Shown here one piece after another: positions 1 through 7,600 of a DNA stretch of 32,000 nt (positions within the stretch are counted from its first letter, which is position 1; the number at the start of each line of letters is the position of its first letter). Made by a program: the position numbers and the translations under genes. The stretch is from NCBI GenBank assembly GCA_025839675.1, contig CP104013.1:3450001-3482000 (forward strand), given 5' to 3'. The notes beneath the pieces were generated by a model. It did no database searches. It saw nothing but the letters and a program-made list of their open reading frames with translations, and was not told the origin of the DNA. This stretch comes from Candidatus Lokiarchaeum ossiferum. GTDB lineage: Archaea; Asgardarchaeota; Lokiarchaeia; Sigyniarchaeales; Promethearchaeaceae.

Positions 1-342
1 TTTTCTTTAAAGGAAGCAGATCGGGCTGAATCTTTTGAAGCTGATGTCGAGCGCACTTTGGAAAAACTTGGCTATGAGGTAGAATTAAAGGTCGGTTCTA
101 GTGATTTTAAGATTGATTTGGCCGTGATCGATCCAGATAATCCTTCCAAATATATCTTAGGCATCGAATTGGATGGGGGATCTTATAAAGATGCTGATAA
201 TGCTCGCGATCGTGACCGGATTCGTACCAGCGTATTACACATGCTCGGTTGGAATATGATCCACATTTGGTCCATGAACTGGTATACCGACAAAGCGAAA
301 GAAATACGACGCATCAAGCGAAACATTAAAAAGGCAATATAA
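1..342 (+). CDS. 3' end of a larger gene, 5'-truncated by the window edge. It encodes a C-terminal DUF559/Vsr-like PD-(D/E)xK endonuclease-fold domain, as found at the C-terminus of DUF3320-type SF1 (Upf1-like) helicases.
   Basis: Frame 1 is open from base 1 (FSLKEADRAESFEADVERTLEKLGYEV...) to stop TAA 340-342. FKIDLAV..ILGIELDG..Y...ARDRDRIRTSVLHMLGWNMIHIWSMNWY matches the D..ExD / RDRxR / GW..hRhW signature of that domain. Confidence 0.6.
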   Translation, partial: FSLKEADRAESFEADVERTLEKLGYEVELKVGSSDFKIDLAVIDPDNPSKYILGIELDGGSYKDADNARDRDRIRTSVLHMLGWNMIHIWSMNWYTDKAKEIRRIKRNIKKAI

Positions 343-367
343 CGATTTCAAGGATACTGAGAAAATT

Positions 368-634
368 ATGAGTGTGTTATTAAATCCCCTTGTTCAACTA
401 TTACCAAAAAATAAACTTAGTTATCGGATTTATTGTTGTATTTTTGTAATCATAGCAATATTTGCTTATTTCTTCTTTCCTACCCAAACTCTCCCAGGAG
501 CAAATTTTGTGGTAATGGGATTCGCAATCTTATTTGCCCTAACTTTTTATTATTTGAGTTTTTCAGTTGATCGAGAAGCAAAACCTCATGATAGTATGCA
601 ATACGATGGAAATACCGAAACTCCAGCGAAGTAA
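368..634 (+). CDS. Small membrane protein, hypothetical, with two hydrophobic helices
   Basis: ATG start. Two hydrophobic stretches (YRIYCCIFVIIAIFAYFFF; FVVMGFAILFALTFYYLSF). The gene ends 15 nt upstream of the co-directional C25 peptidase gene. No recognisable family. Confidence 0.45.
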   Translation: MSVLLNPLVQLLPKNKLSYRIYCCIFVIIAIFAYFFFPTQTLPGANFVVMGFAILFALTFYYLSFSVDREAKPHDSMQYDGNTETPAK

Positions 635-648
635 AAAGTGGATTTGAT

Positions 649-2511
649 ATGAAAAAAGCACATGTTTTATTTTTTCTTTTCCTAATAATTAATACATCTT
701 TTGCCCACAGTTTGAACTTTGTTTCCTTGAATCCTGAAATCTCCTTGAAATATCCCCCAAAAGTAAATTCATTTCTATATTCTTCATCAACATCCGAAGT
801 TGATTATTTAATTATTACAACCACAGAATTTGTTTCCGCTTTAACCGATTTTCAAAACTGGAAACAGCAAAAAGGATTGCACACTCAAATTGTAACTATT
901 GATGAAATTCAAACAAATCATTCCGGAATCGATTTACAAGCTAAGATCAAAAATTGTATCCAAGCTTTTTATGAAAATAATGGAACCCGATGGGTATTAT
1001 TAGCTGGAGATGATGAACAAGTTCCCTCGCGATCTCTTAAAACCGCTGAAGAACATCCTGGACATGATGAAGGTAATGTTTCTTGTGATTCATATTATGC
1101 TGACTTAGATCACAATTGGGATTCCAATAATGACGGGCTTTGGGCCACAAATTTGGATGATTTTGATTTAATTCCCGAAGTGTATGTTGGAAGATTAACA
1201 GCAAATAATATCGAAGAGATGCAGAAGTTAGTAAGTAATATTTTAGGATATGAAAAAATCCCACCTTTGGGTGATTGGATGACTCGAGCCCTTCTCGCTG
1301 GGGCTATGCTGGTCTTCAATGAAGATTGGGACAATGATAATCAAATTGATTTTGGTGAATGTGATGCAAATCGTCATTATAATTTTCTGAGTCAACAATT
1401 TCCTACCAATTGGAGTTATATTTTACAAGCCGAAGCGGAAGGCTTGAGTCCGTCTCAATATGCATACAATGAAAGTCTAACCATAACCCATTTAGAGAAC
1501 CAAATTAATGATGGAAATGGGATCGTTTTTATTACTGGGCATGGAAATCAAAAGGGGATGTATCGTACAATATTTACTGAAGATGTTGATGATGATGGCT
1601 TATTTGATCAAAATGGGGATCCTCTCTTTGGGGGAGCTGCAATTGACACCCAAATAACTTCACCCCTCATCTCTACTTCGATTACTACTATCAACCCTTC
1701 GCGGACCTTGGGAATGTACTATTTAGGAGGGTGCAGTACTGGCACTTTTGATGAAGATTATGATAGTCTAGCTGAGTATGTTTTAAAAACTAGTGCTATT
1801 GGTTGCATTGCAGGTAGTCATGTTGTATGGGGTGAAGATCAATGGACGGAACGTGACCATGGAGGTTGGTATTCCGAAGGACTTCAATCCCGATTTTTGG
1901 AAAACTTAGTGATGTTTTCTCAACCAGGAAAAGCCTTAGGGTTAGCTAAGCAAGACTACATAGCAGATCTTCAAGAGCTAAATATAACACTCGACTATCC
2001 TGGGTGGTCGGATCGGGTTCTAAAGCAATTCAATTTGTTAGGTGATCCCGAACTGAATATTTGGATGGAGATTCCCTCGACTTTAAATGCTACTCGAATC
2101 TCAACTACCAATTCTTCTCCTCAAATATATTCCCTCACATCAGAAGGGATACCCGTACCGAACGTAACTTTTACCGTTTTTCAAAATGAGACATTGATAT
2201 GGACAGGATATAGTTCCGAGGATGGATTTGTGGAAATTCCATTTCCTTCCGAGGATCTTGCTACATCTATTTTAACTGGAACCAAGTCTGGTTATCTCCC
2301 ATGTCAGAATCCATTTATTTATCCGAAAAACATCTCCATTACTGATTATGATCCAAATCCTCCCAACAACAATGATAATAGTTCGGATGATGGATTACCA
2401 GAAATTCCACGTAAAATAAATGGTTATCAAACTATCTATCTCGCCATCTCCTTTGCAGGGATAACAGGAGTAATTTATATAATAAAGAGTAAAAAATTTG
2501 GTAGAAATTAG
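649..2511 (+). CDS. Secreted, C-terminally membrane-anchored cysteine peptidase, family C25 (gingipain-like)
   Basis: N-terminal signal-like segment MKKAHVLFFLFLIINTSFA. C25 propeller-side motifs are present: VDYLIITT..F...L..F..WK..KG, RWVLLAGDDEQVPSR, SYYADLD, EVYVGRL. Candidate catalytic His is in ITGHGN and Cys in YLGGCSTG. A beta-rich segment (VPNVTFTVFQNETLIWTGYSSEDGFVEIPF) is followed by an N/D/P-rich linker, a TM helix and a basic tail (IYLAISFAGITGVIYIIKSKKFGRN). Confidence 0.75.
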   Translation: MKKAHVLFFLFLIINTSFAHSLNFVSLNPEISLKYPPKVNSFLYSSSTSEVDYLIITTTEFVSALTDFQNWKQQKGLHTQIVTIDEIQTNHSGIDLQAKIKNCIQAFYENNGTRWVLLAGDDEQVPSRSLKTAEEHPGHDEGNVSCDSYYADLDHNWDSNNDGLWATNLDDFDLIPEVYVGRLTANNIEEMQKLVSNILGYEKIPPLGDWMTRALLAGAMLVFNEDWDNDNQIDFGECDANRHYNFLSQQFPTNWSYILQAEAEGLSPSQYAYNESLTITHLENQINDGNGIVFITGHGNQKGMYRTIFTEDVDDDGLFDQNGDPLFGGAAIDTQITSPLISTSITTINPSRTLGMYYLGGCSTGTFDEDYDSLAEYVLKTSAIGCIAGSHVVWGEDQWTERDHGGWYSEGLQSRFLENLVMFSQPGKALGLAKQDYIADLQELNITLDYPGWSDRVLKQFNLLGDPELNIWMEIPSTLNATRISTTNSSPQIYSLTSEGIPVPNVTFTVFQNETLIWTGYSSEDGFVEIPFPSEDLATSILTGTKSGYLPCQNPFIYPKNISITDYDPNPPNNNDNSSDDGLPEIPRKINGYQTIYLAISFAGITGVIYIIKSKKFGRN

Positions 2512-2521
2512 TCCTTTTTCA

Positions 2522-3157
2522 TTACCATTCTTGGGTCTTAATGACATTTTTTAATTTAATCCAAGCTTGATTAATACGGACCATAGCATGTTGGACAAAT
2601 CCATCGCGATGCTTCCGATCATCATAATATTTCATAACTTCTCGTTTTTGTTTATTTACTGCTTTTTCGAGTTTATCTAGCTTTTGGCCAGAAGTCATTT
2701 GAGATCCTTGGGCCTTGGATAATTCCGCAGCCGAATCATGCCAATCTTTTTGCTTTTTATTTAGTTTTTCAAAAGACTTGGCTAGATCCTTCAAAGTTTT
2801 ATGATATTCTTTATAAGAATCACCCATCTCTTGGAAGCTATTATAGATTTCGTGTTGAACTGAAACGGTCTTTTCCATTCGCTTAACGTGTTCTTTAATC
2901 TTCATTAAATCTTGATTATTGATAATATCTGATTTACGATTTACCAATTGAATATAAAGGCGAACCGTTTCATTTTGAAGGCTTAAATAATTGGTCATCT
3001 CATGATTTGATTTTTTCATCCGATTGGCCAAGTCTTTGATACCTTTCATCACATTTTCCTCATTGCTTTCCAAGCTAAAGAGACTGTTGGTCAATTTTTT
3101 GGTCAGTTGAATATCGTTTATTTCTTCATCCATTGGAAGATCTTCTTTTATACCCAT
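2522..3157 (-). CDS. Hypothetical all-helical / coiled-coil protein (211 aa)
   Basis: ATG start (alternative ATG 24 nt downstream). Long charged heptad-like sequence with no TM segment and no recognisable catalytic motif. It has its own divergent promoter region shared with the next gene. Confidence 0.5.
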   Translation of the reverse strand: MGIKEDLPMDEEINDIQLTKKLTNSLFSLESNEENVMKGIKDLANRMKKSNHEMTNYLSLQNETVRLYIQLVNRKSDIINNQDLMKIKEHVKRMEKTVSVQHEIYNSFQEMGDSYKEYHKTLKDLAKSFEKLNKKQKDWHDSAAELSKAQGSQMTSGQKLDKLEKAVNKQKREVMKYYDDRKHRDGFVQHAMVRINQAWIKLKNVIKTQEW

Positions 3158-3282
3158 AATAAGAAGTTCGTATACGCGTTATTAAAAATTCCGCTTTTTT
3201 CTCATTCTCTAAGTAAGCTTTTAGGTTGAAGTTGGCTACAGAACATAATACGATTTGAAAAAAATCACGAGAGAAAAACACC

Positions 3283-3645
3283 ATGGAACGAGTTAGATTA
3301 ATCGAACACAAAGGTCGTAAAATTTTATTAATTGATTATTCGCATCTAAAGAAATCTGAAGAAGTATTACCCGTAATAAATCAATTGGAAACATTTGTAA
3401 GGACCGTTAAAACAAAACAACTTTTCTTAACTGATGCTACAGATGGAGTTGCTAATAAAGAAATCATGGATTCTCTAAAACGAGTGGCAAAGGTATGCAA
3501 AGATTTAGATGTTGTTGAGAAGGAGTGCATAGTTGGTATCACTGGTTTAAAAAAAGTCCTATTAAAAGCAGTAAATGCCTTTGCCAAATCAAATGTGGTC
3601 ATGAAGAACTCTTTAGAAGAAGCCAAAGATTGGTTGGTCGAATGA
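3283..3645 (+). CDS. STAS / SpoIIAA-like fold protein (120 aa)
   Basis: The pattern ...ILLIDYSHL...LFLTDATDGV...IVGITGLKKVLLKAV...VVMKNSLEEAKDWLVE resembles the SpoIIAA-like/STAS family, whose members end in ...F.s.eeA..WL. The assignment is by eye only. Confidence 0.5.
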   Translation: MERVRLIEHKGRKILLIDYSHLKKSEEVLPVINQLETFVRTVKTKQLFLTDATDGVANKEIMDSLKRVAKVCKDLDVVEKECIVGITGLKKVLLKAVNAFAKSNVVMKNSLEEAKDWLVE

Positions 3646-3663
3646 AAGGGAGAAAAAGTTAGA

Positions 3664-5016
3664 TTAATCCATTCTTTTTTTTTTTAAAGTTTGGACCATC
3701 GCCTGAAACAAAGTAGGATGGTGTTCTAACCCAAAATTCGGAATATTTTCTTCTTTTTCATCTTTGAAATAAGTTGTTATATCATAATAAACCATTGCTG
3801 TAGCATCATCACCCGCTGTGAACACCTTAGCGAGATCTGTTTCGGTGATAATAACTTCTTTAGTATCAATTAATAATGCATAAGCTGAGGTTTGATAAAC
3901 GCGCTTTAATCCATCAGGATTACGTTCTTGTTCTGTGGTAGGAATCGTTGTGCTATAATAAATTGTTGATCGAATATCTGTTAAGCTCGGGTCAATGCAC
4001 TCAAATCCTTTCACTATTACTGGAATATCGGTGATCATGTAATCTTCCCGCAAATCTTCTACTGCTCCATCATAAGAAATGATCAAATTCCCTTCTTCAC
4101 GCGATTCTTTGAGCATGGTATAGATCCCCGAATCCAAGACCTTACCAGCGTTCATGATCCCCCCAATTATGGCTGGTTTTCCTTTTCCAGGAGAATTTCC
4201 TCGAATAATACACACAAAATAGAAGCGTTCTTGACTTTTAATGAAAATGCCTAAATCTGAAGCTAGTGTTGGTTTTACCCATGCCGCTGCTCCTATAATA
4301 TCCAAGTTTAAATACTTGGTTTTTTCAGGCCCAACCACTAATTGTGTGCATTTGATCCAGTCTCCATATCTTCCTGGATAGTAAACTTTCGCGTTCACTA
4401 AATCACTATAGTAAGAAAGTAGTAGCTCCTCCGTTTTTGCTTTCGTCTGATTGGTTATTTTCCAAGACATTGAGGTTGGATAAGTAAATTTAGTTTCTAA
4501 TATTGGAGTTATTTTCTTTTTATAATTCCGTAATGGTGCTAAACCTATCGGATTCATTTTGCCATTCGTTATTTGAAGCCAAAGTGCGCGAGTTCCAACT
4601 TTCTCATCCAATGTGAATTCATCATCAGGTTCTGCCCTTGATTGAGCTTTATCTCCCCATGCTGCATGACCGAGAATATCTAAGTTTAAATAACGCTCAT
4701 CTCCAATTTCAAAGAGACTACACTTTATCCAATCCCCATGAATTCCCGGATAATAGAGTTTAGCATTTATTAAATCTTGATAATAATTCTGAATAATATC
4801 TTGGGATCTTTCAATTGAATATCCAGTTACCTTCCAAAGCATTGAAATGGGATATGTAAAACCCGTTTCTAGCAAGGGATGGAAAAATTCATGATAATCT
4901 TTTAAAGGTGCTAATCCAATAGGGTGGGCCACACCTTCATTGATAAACAACCAGAGAGATGTTGGAGATTCTCTCCGCTTTCCATTGATCCGCTTTCGAA
5001 TTTTATCTATATTCAT
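3664..5016 (-). CDS. Hypothetical protein with a tandem duplication of an unknown ~105-aa domain, followed by a C-terminal alpha/beta region carrying a degenerate Nudix-like box
   Basis: The ORF track starts at GTG 5025, and the first ATG is at 5016. Two clearly homologous segments are present: LWLFINEGVAHPIGLAPLKDYHEFFHPLLETGFTYPISMLWKV...YYPGIHGDWIKC...YLNLDILGHAAW versus LWLQITNGKMNPIGLAPLRNYKKKITPILETKFTYPTSMSWKI...YYPGRYGDWIKC...YLNLDIIGAAAW. The C-terminal part contains FYFVCIIRGN...GGIMNAGKVLDSGIYTMLKESREEGNL. Confidence 0.7.
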   Translation of the reverse strand: MNIDKIRKRINGKRRESPTSLWLFINEGVAHPIGLAPLKDYHEFFHPLLETGFTYPISMLWKVTGYSIERSQDIIQNYYQDLINAKLYYPGIHGDWIKCSLFEIGDERYLNLDILGHAAWGDKAQSRAEPDDEFTLDEKVGTRALWLQITNGKMNPIGLAPLRNYKKKITPILETKFTYPTSMSWKITNQTKAKTEELLLSYYSDLVNAKVYYPGRYGDWIKCTQLVVGPEKTKYLNLDIIGAAAWVKPTLASDLGIFIKSQERFYFVCIIRGNSPGKGKPAIIGGIMNAGKVLDSGIYTMLKESREEGNLIISYDGAVEDLREDYMITDIPVIVKGFECIDPSLTDIRSTIYYSTTIPTTEQERNPDGLKRVYQTSAYALLIDTKEVIITETDLAKVFTAGDDATAMVYYDITTYFKDEKEENIPNFGLEHHPTLFQAMVQTLKKKRMD

Positions 5017-5055
5017 GTTGGTCACGAACGATATTTGTAAATAACTAAAAAAAGA

Positions 5056-5430
5056 TTATGCAATAGGAATGCCAGGTTTCATTTTTCCTTGGAACTTGTC
5101 ATCAACTTTCAATAACACCGCTGTCTCATCGACATCAGCAGCGAGTAGCATTCCTTGTGATTCGATTCCCATCATTTTTCGGGGTTTTAGATTTATCAAG
5201 ACTACGATAAATTTATTCACCATTTCTTCTGGTTTATACCAATTTTTAATTCCCGAAACAATGGTGCGGGGATTTTCCTCCCCAACATCGACACTTAATT
5301 TTAACAAACTTCGTGATTTAGGAACTTCTTCACATTCTAATACCTTTCCAATCCGAATATCCATCTTAGCAAAATCATCATATGAAATCAATCTGATCAC
5401 CAATATGAGATCATGGATAGGGGAACACAT
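5056..5430 (-). CDS. tRNA-binding domain protein (Trbp111 / CsaA / EMAP-II-like OB fold)
   Basis: DDFAKMDIRIGKVLECEEVPKSRSLLKLSVDVGEE.RTIVSGIKNWYKPEEMVNKFIVVLINLKPRKMMGIESQGMLLAA is the canonical tRNA_bind domain signature. The start is uncertain: TTG 5442 (ORF track), ATG 5430, or an internal GTG/TTG closer to the domain start. Confidence 0.8.
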   Translation of the reverse strand: MCSPIHDLILVIRLISYDDFAKMDIRIGKVLECEEVPKSRSLLKLSVDVGEENPRTIVSGIKNWYKPEEMVNKFIVVLINLKPRKMMGIESQGMLLAADVDETAVLLKVDDKFQGKMKPGIPIA

Positions 5431-5467
5431 AAAAATTTGCAATTTTGAAAAACTATCATCATCAAAA

Positions 5468-5700
5468 GGAACCTTTCCTTGCTCAATAAGGGGGTATCAA
5501 GCAAGGAAAGGGGGTTTGGTTGGGTGATTAATGAAATGTTTGTTATTAGTCGAAAGGTTAACCCCCTTAAGGGGTATGTGTGTTCTTCGGTTGGGGTTGG
5601 TTGAGTTATGAAATGAATTTGTGAGAGGGTTTTCCCCCAAAAGGGGTATGGGTCCTCTTGGGGGGTGGGTTGGTTTGTGGTTGAATGAACGCAAGGTTCC
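5468..5700. repeat. G/T-rich (plus strand) block of three degenerate tandem units with hairpins and flanking inverted repeats. Function unknown.
   Basis: GGGGTAT starts units at 5491, 5571 and 5643. Each unit is followed by a G-run/GGTTGG core and a TGAAATG-like box. There is a perfect 12-bp-stem inverted repeat (5472-5483 / 5500-5511) and a palindrome CCCCTTAAGGGG at 5563-5574. The ends GGAACC(TTTCC)TTGC 5468-5482 and GCAAGGTTCC 5691-5700 are inverted. Confidence 0.6.
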
Positions 5701-6053
5701 AATTCTATCCAATTAGATTAATTGGACTCGAATTGGGATTGAATTTGTGTGATCTTGTAATTTTCGCATATATTTCACCGATAATTTTTTTCACTGTTTC
5801 TATGTTACCTAAGGAAGTACTACTTCTTAACTGAGATTTAAAACTTAAAACGTCCCATGGGGGGAAATCTTTCACACATCCAAGCATCATTTAAATAAGA
5901 TCCAACGACATTTTTGGATTCCTTCTATTTAAAGTTGAGGAAAACATTTATTTTAAAATCAATCATGAACAGAACTCTATTTTTTACCAAGTTTAAACGG
6001 AAATATGTTAGTAATCTCTCAATTTTCAACCAGAATCAGAACAGAAATTAAAT

Positions 6054-6060
6054 AAAAAAA
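6054..6060 (-). terminator. Oligo-T tract (T7 on minus strand) 14-20 nt downstream of the MFS gene stop. Candidate archaeal intrinsic terminator.
   Basis: Plus-strand A7 at 6054-6060, with the stop codon at 6074-6076. Archaeal RNAP is known to terminate at oligo-T tracts. Confidence 0.35.
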
Positions 6061-6073
6061 TAGAATTATAGGT

Positions 6074-7342
6074 TTAATTCTTTTGTGGTTTTTTGTAGAT
6101 TACCATGAGTACAACAGTAATCGCTAATCCAATTGCTGAAACAATAAATGCCCAGTTTTGAAGTCCGGCATCTGAAAAGACTGCTCCTAGCATAGGGATT
6201 AAGATTCCACCAACACCATAGGATAAAAAGACCCATCCATAGTTTTGACTGATGTATTTTGATCCAAAAGCTTCTCTGGTCGCTTGTGGGAATAAGGAAA
6301 AGTTCCCTCCGTAATTGAAAGCCATAACTGCCATTCCGATGATTAAACCAACTGGTGATTTAACTAAGAACATAATAAGGATGAAGAAAACCGTTTGAAC
6401 GGAATTCATGATTAGTAGTGCTTTTTTCCATGACAATTTTTCAGCTAAAATTCCCCAGATAATTCTTCCTAAACCATTAAATAAAGGATAAATTAAAGCG
6501 GCTGCCAATTGAGTTACTGTATTAACCAATGTTGGATCTAAACCTTGATCAGTTAATACTGTTGCAGGCCATTTCTTTGCAATGCCAATAACCATAAGAC
6601 CTGCCCCAACACCAAACATGTAAGAAACAAAGATCATCCAAAACTGAGGTGTTTTTAGCATATCTTTACTTTCCATATTGAATTCTTCAATTGCTTCTCC
6701 ATCTGCAGTTTTTGCAACAGGGGGTGTATATCCAGGAACTGTGTAATCCTTTGGAGGTTCATATAAGAAGAAATAAGAGAACATTACAAAGACTGCATAA
6801 CAGATACCAAAAACAATGAATCCGATTTGTAATCCGTTTGTCATATCCTTAAAAATTCCATCAAATAGGTAATACCAAATTAAAGCACCTGCACCAAATC
6901 CTGCCATTCCTAAACCAGTTACTAATCCTTTTTTATCTGGGAACCAAGCTACTCCAGTAGAGATTGGTAATGCGTATGAGAATCCAATACCTGCACCTCC
7001 AACTATACCAATGGTGATTACTAACATTACAGGAGATAATGGTAAAATACCTGCTAAAAGATATCCTCCACCTAAACAAGCGGCACTTATAATAATTAAA
7101 ATTCTTGGACCTATTTTTTCTTTCAATTTCCCAGCAAACACAGTGGTTACTGCAAAGCTGGCCAAACTAATGCTATATGGGATTTGGATCTGAGTATCTG
7201 TCCAACCAAGAGCTACCATACTGGATCCATAAATGCCCCAAGCATAAATTGCACCTAATGCCAATTCCAAAACCACCGCGGCGATCACGACTAACCATCG
7301 ATTTTGTAAAGGTTTTTCGGTTTTTTGTAAATTTTCAGCCAT
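6074..7342 (-). CDS. MFS transporter, oxalate/formate antiporter (OFA)-like family
   Basis: 422 aa with about 12 hydrophobic helices. The N-terminal RWLVVIAAVVLELALGAIYAWGIY motif is typical of OFA-family MFS proteins, and a central hydrophilic loop separates the two halves. ATG start. Confidence 0.8.
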   Translation of the reverse strand: MAENLQKTEKPLQNRWLVVIAAVVLELALGAIYAWGIYGSSMVALGWTDTQIQIPYSISLASFAVTTVFAGKLKEKIGPRILIIISAACLGGGYLLAGILPLSPVMLVITIGIVGGAGIGFSYALPISTGVAWFPDKKGLVTGLGMAGFGAGALIWYYLFDGIFKDMTNGLQIGFIVFGICYAVFVMFSYFFLYEPPKDYTVPGYTPPVAKTADGEAIEEFNMESKDMLKTPQFWMIFVSYMFGVGAGLMVIGIAKKWPATVLTDQGLDPTLVNTVTQLAAALIYPLFNGLGRIIWGILAEKLSWKKALLIMNSVQTVFFILIMFLVKSPVGLIIGMAVMAFNYGGNFSLFPQATREAFGSKYISQNYGWVFLSYGVGGILIPMLGAVFSDAGLQNWAFIVSAIGLAITVVLMVIYKKPQKN

Positions 7343-7600
7343 ATTTATTAACTCGAAATAATATTTTAGAGATAATTGTATGAAAATCTAGCTACTTTCA
7401 GTCAAAATTTTCATATAACCATCAATGATTAACATCTTAACTGGAATTTTTAAAAAGTTTTTTGTCACTTTAATTTAGAAGGAAAAGAATAGTCATTTCG
7501 TGTAAAAATGCAACTTTTTTTTTGGAATTCTGAAAATTTTGATGAAATCTTTGCATATAATGTATTAAATTCGAAAATCAAAAAAAAGGAAAGGGAAAAT

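Noticed and set aside
2434-2511. PGF-CTERM / archaeosortase signal at the C-termini of the C25 peptidase (and the beta-helix protein, 12188-12270)
   Set aside because: The tripartite layout is present, but there is no PGF/PEF/VPxxxP-type motif. It is kept only as a low-interest hypothesis in the findings.
3126-3311. 61-aa minus-strand ORF spanning the divergent promoter between the coiled-coil gene and the STAS-like gene
   Set aside because: It overlaps the 5' ends of both better-supported genes and the spacer, and its sequence has no recognisable features.
3675-3685. 11-nt homopolymer (A11 on the coding strand) within the last codons of the 450-aa orphan. An identical A11 lies at 12194-12204 at the end of the beta-helix gene. 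These are possible slippage or phase-variation tracts.
   Set aside because: Both encode terminal Lys runs (KKK) a few codons before the stop, so slippage would barely change the product. Long A/T runs are common throughout this AT-rich window.
5491-5700. I tested whether the ~72-80-nt units closed by GGGG...CCCC are tRNA genes, tRNA-like elements or C/D-box sRNAs.
   Set aside because: On either strand there is no T-loop (GTTCRANNC) and no D-loop GG at the right spacing. Acceptor-stem pairing fails beyond 4 bp (GGGGTAT versus TTTCCCC). GTGATTA is only a near-match to a C box, and there is no CTGA D box.
5397-5712. Two overlapping minus-strand ORFs (101 aa and 71 aa) with P/T/Q-rich repeats (QPTPQEDPYPFWG, QPTPTEEHTYPLRG) across the G/T-rich repeat block
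   Set aside because: The repeat periods (80 and 72 nt) do not preserve a reading frame. The two ORFs overlap each other in different frames and overlap the tRNA-binding gene start. The Pro/Thr richness is just the translation of a C/A-rich strand.
5705-5890. 61-aa minus-strand ORF (MMLGCVKDFPPWDVL...) in the gap downstream of the MFS gene
   Set aside because: It has an ATG start but no motif and no obvious promoter or SD context. It is short and abuts the repeat block. The support is not enough to call a gene.
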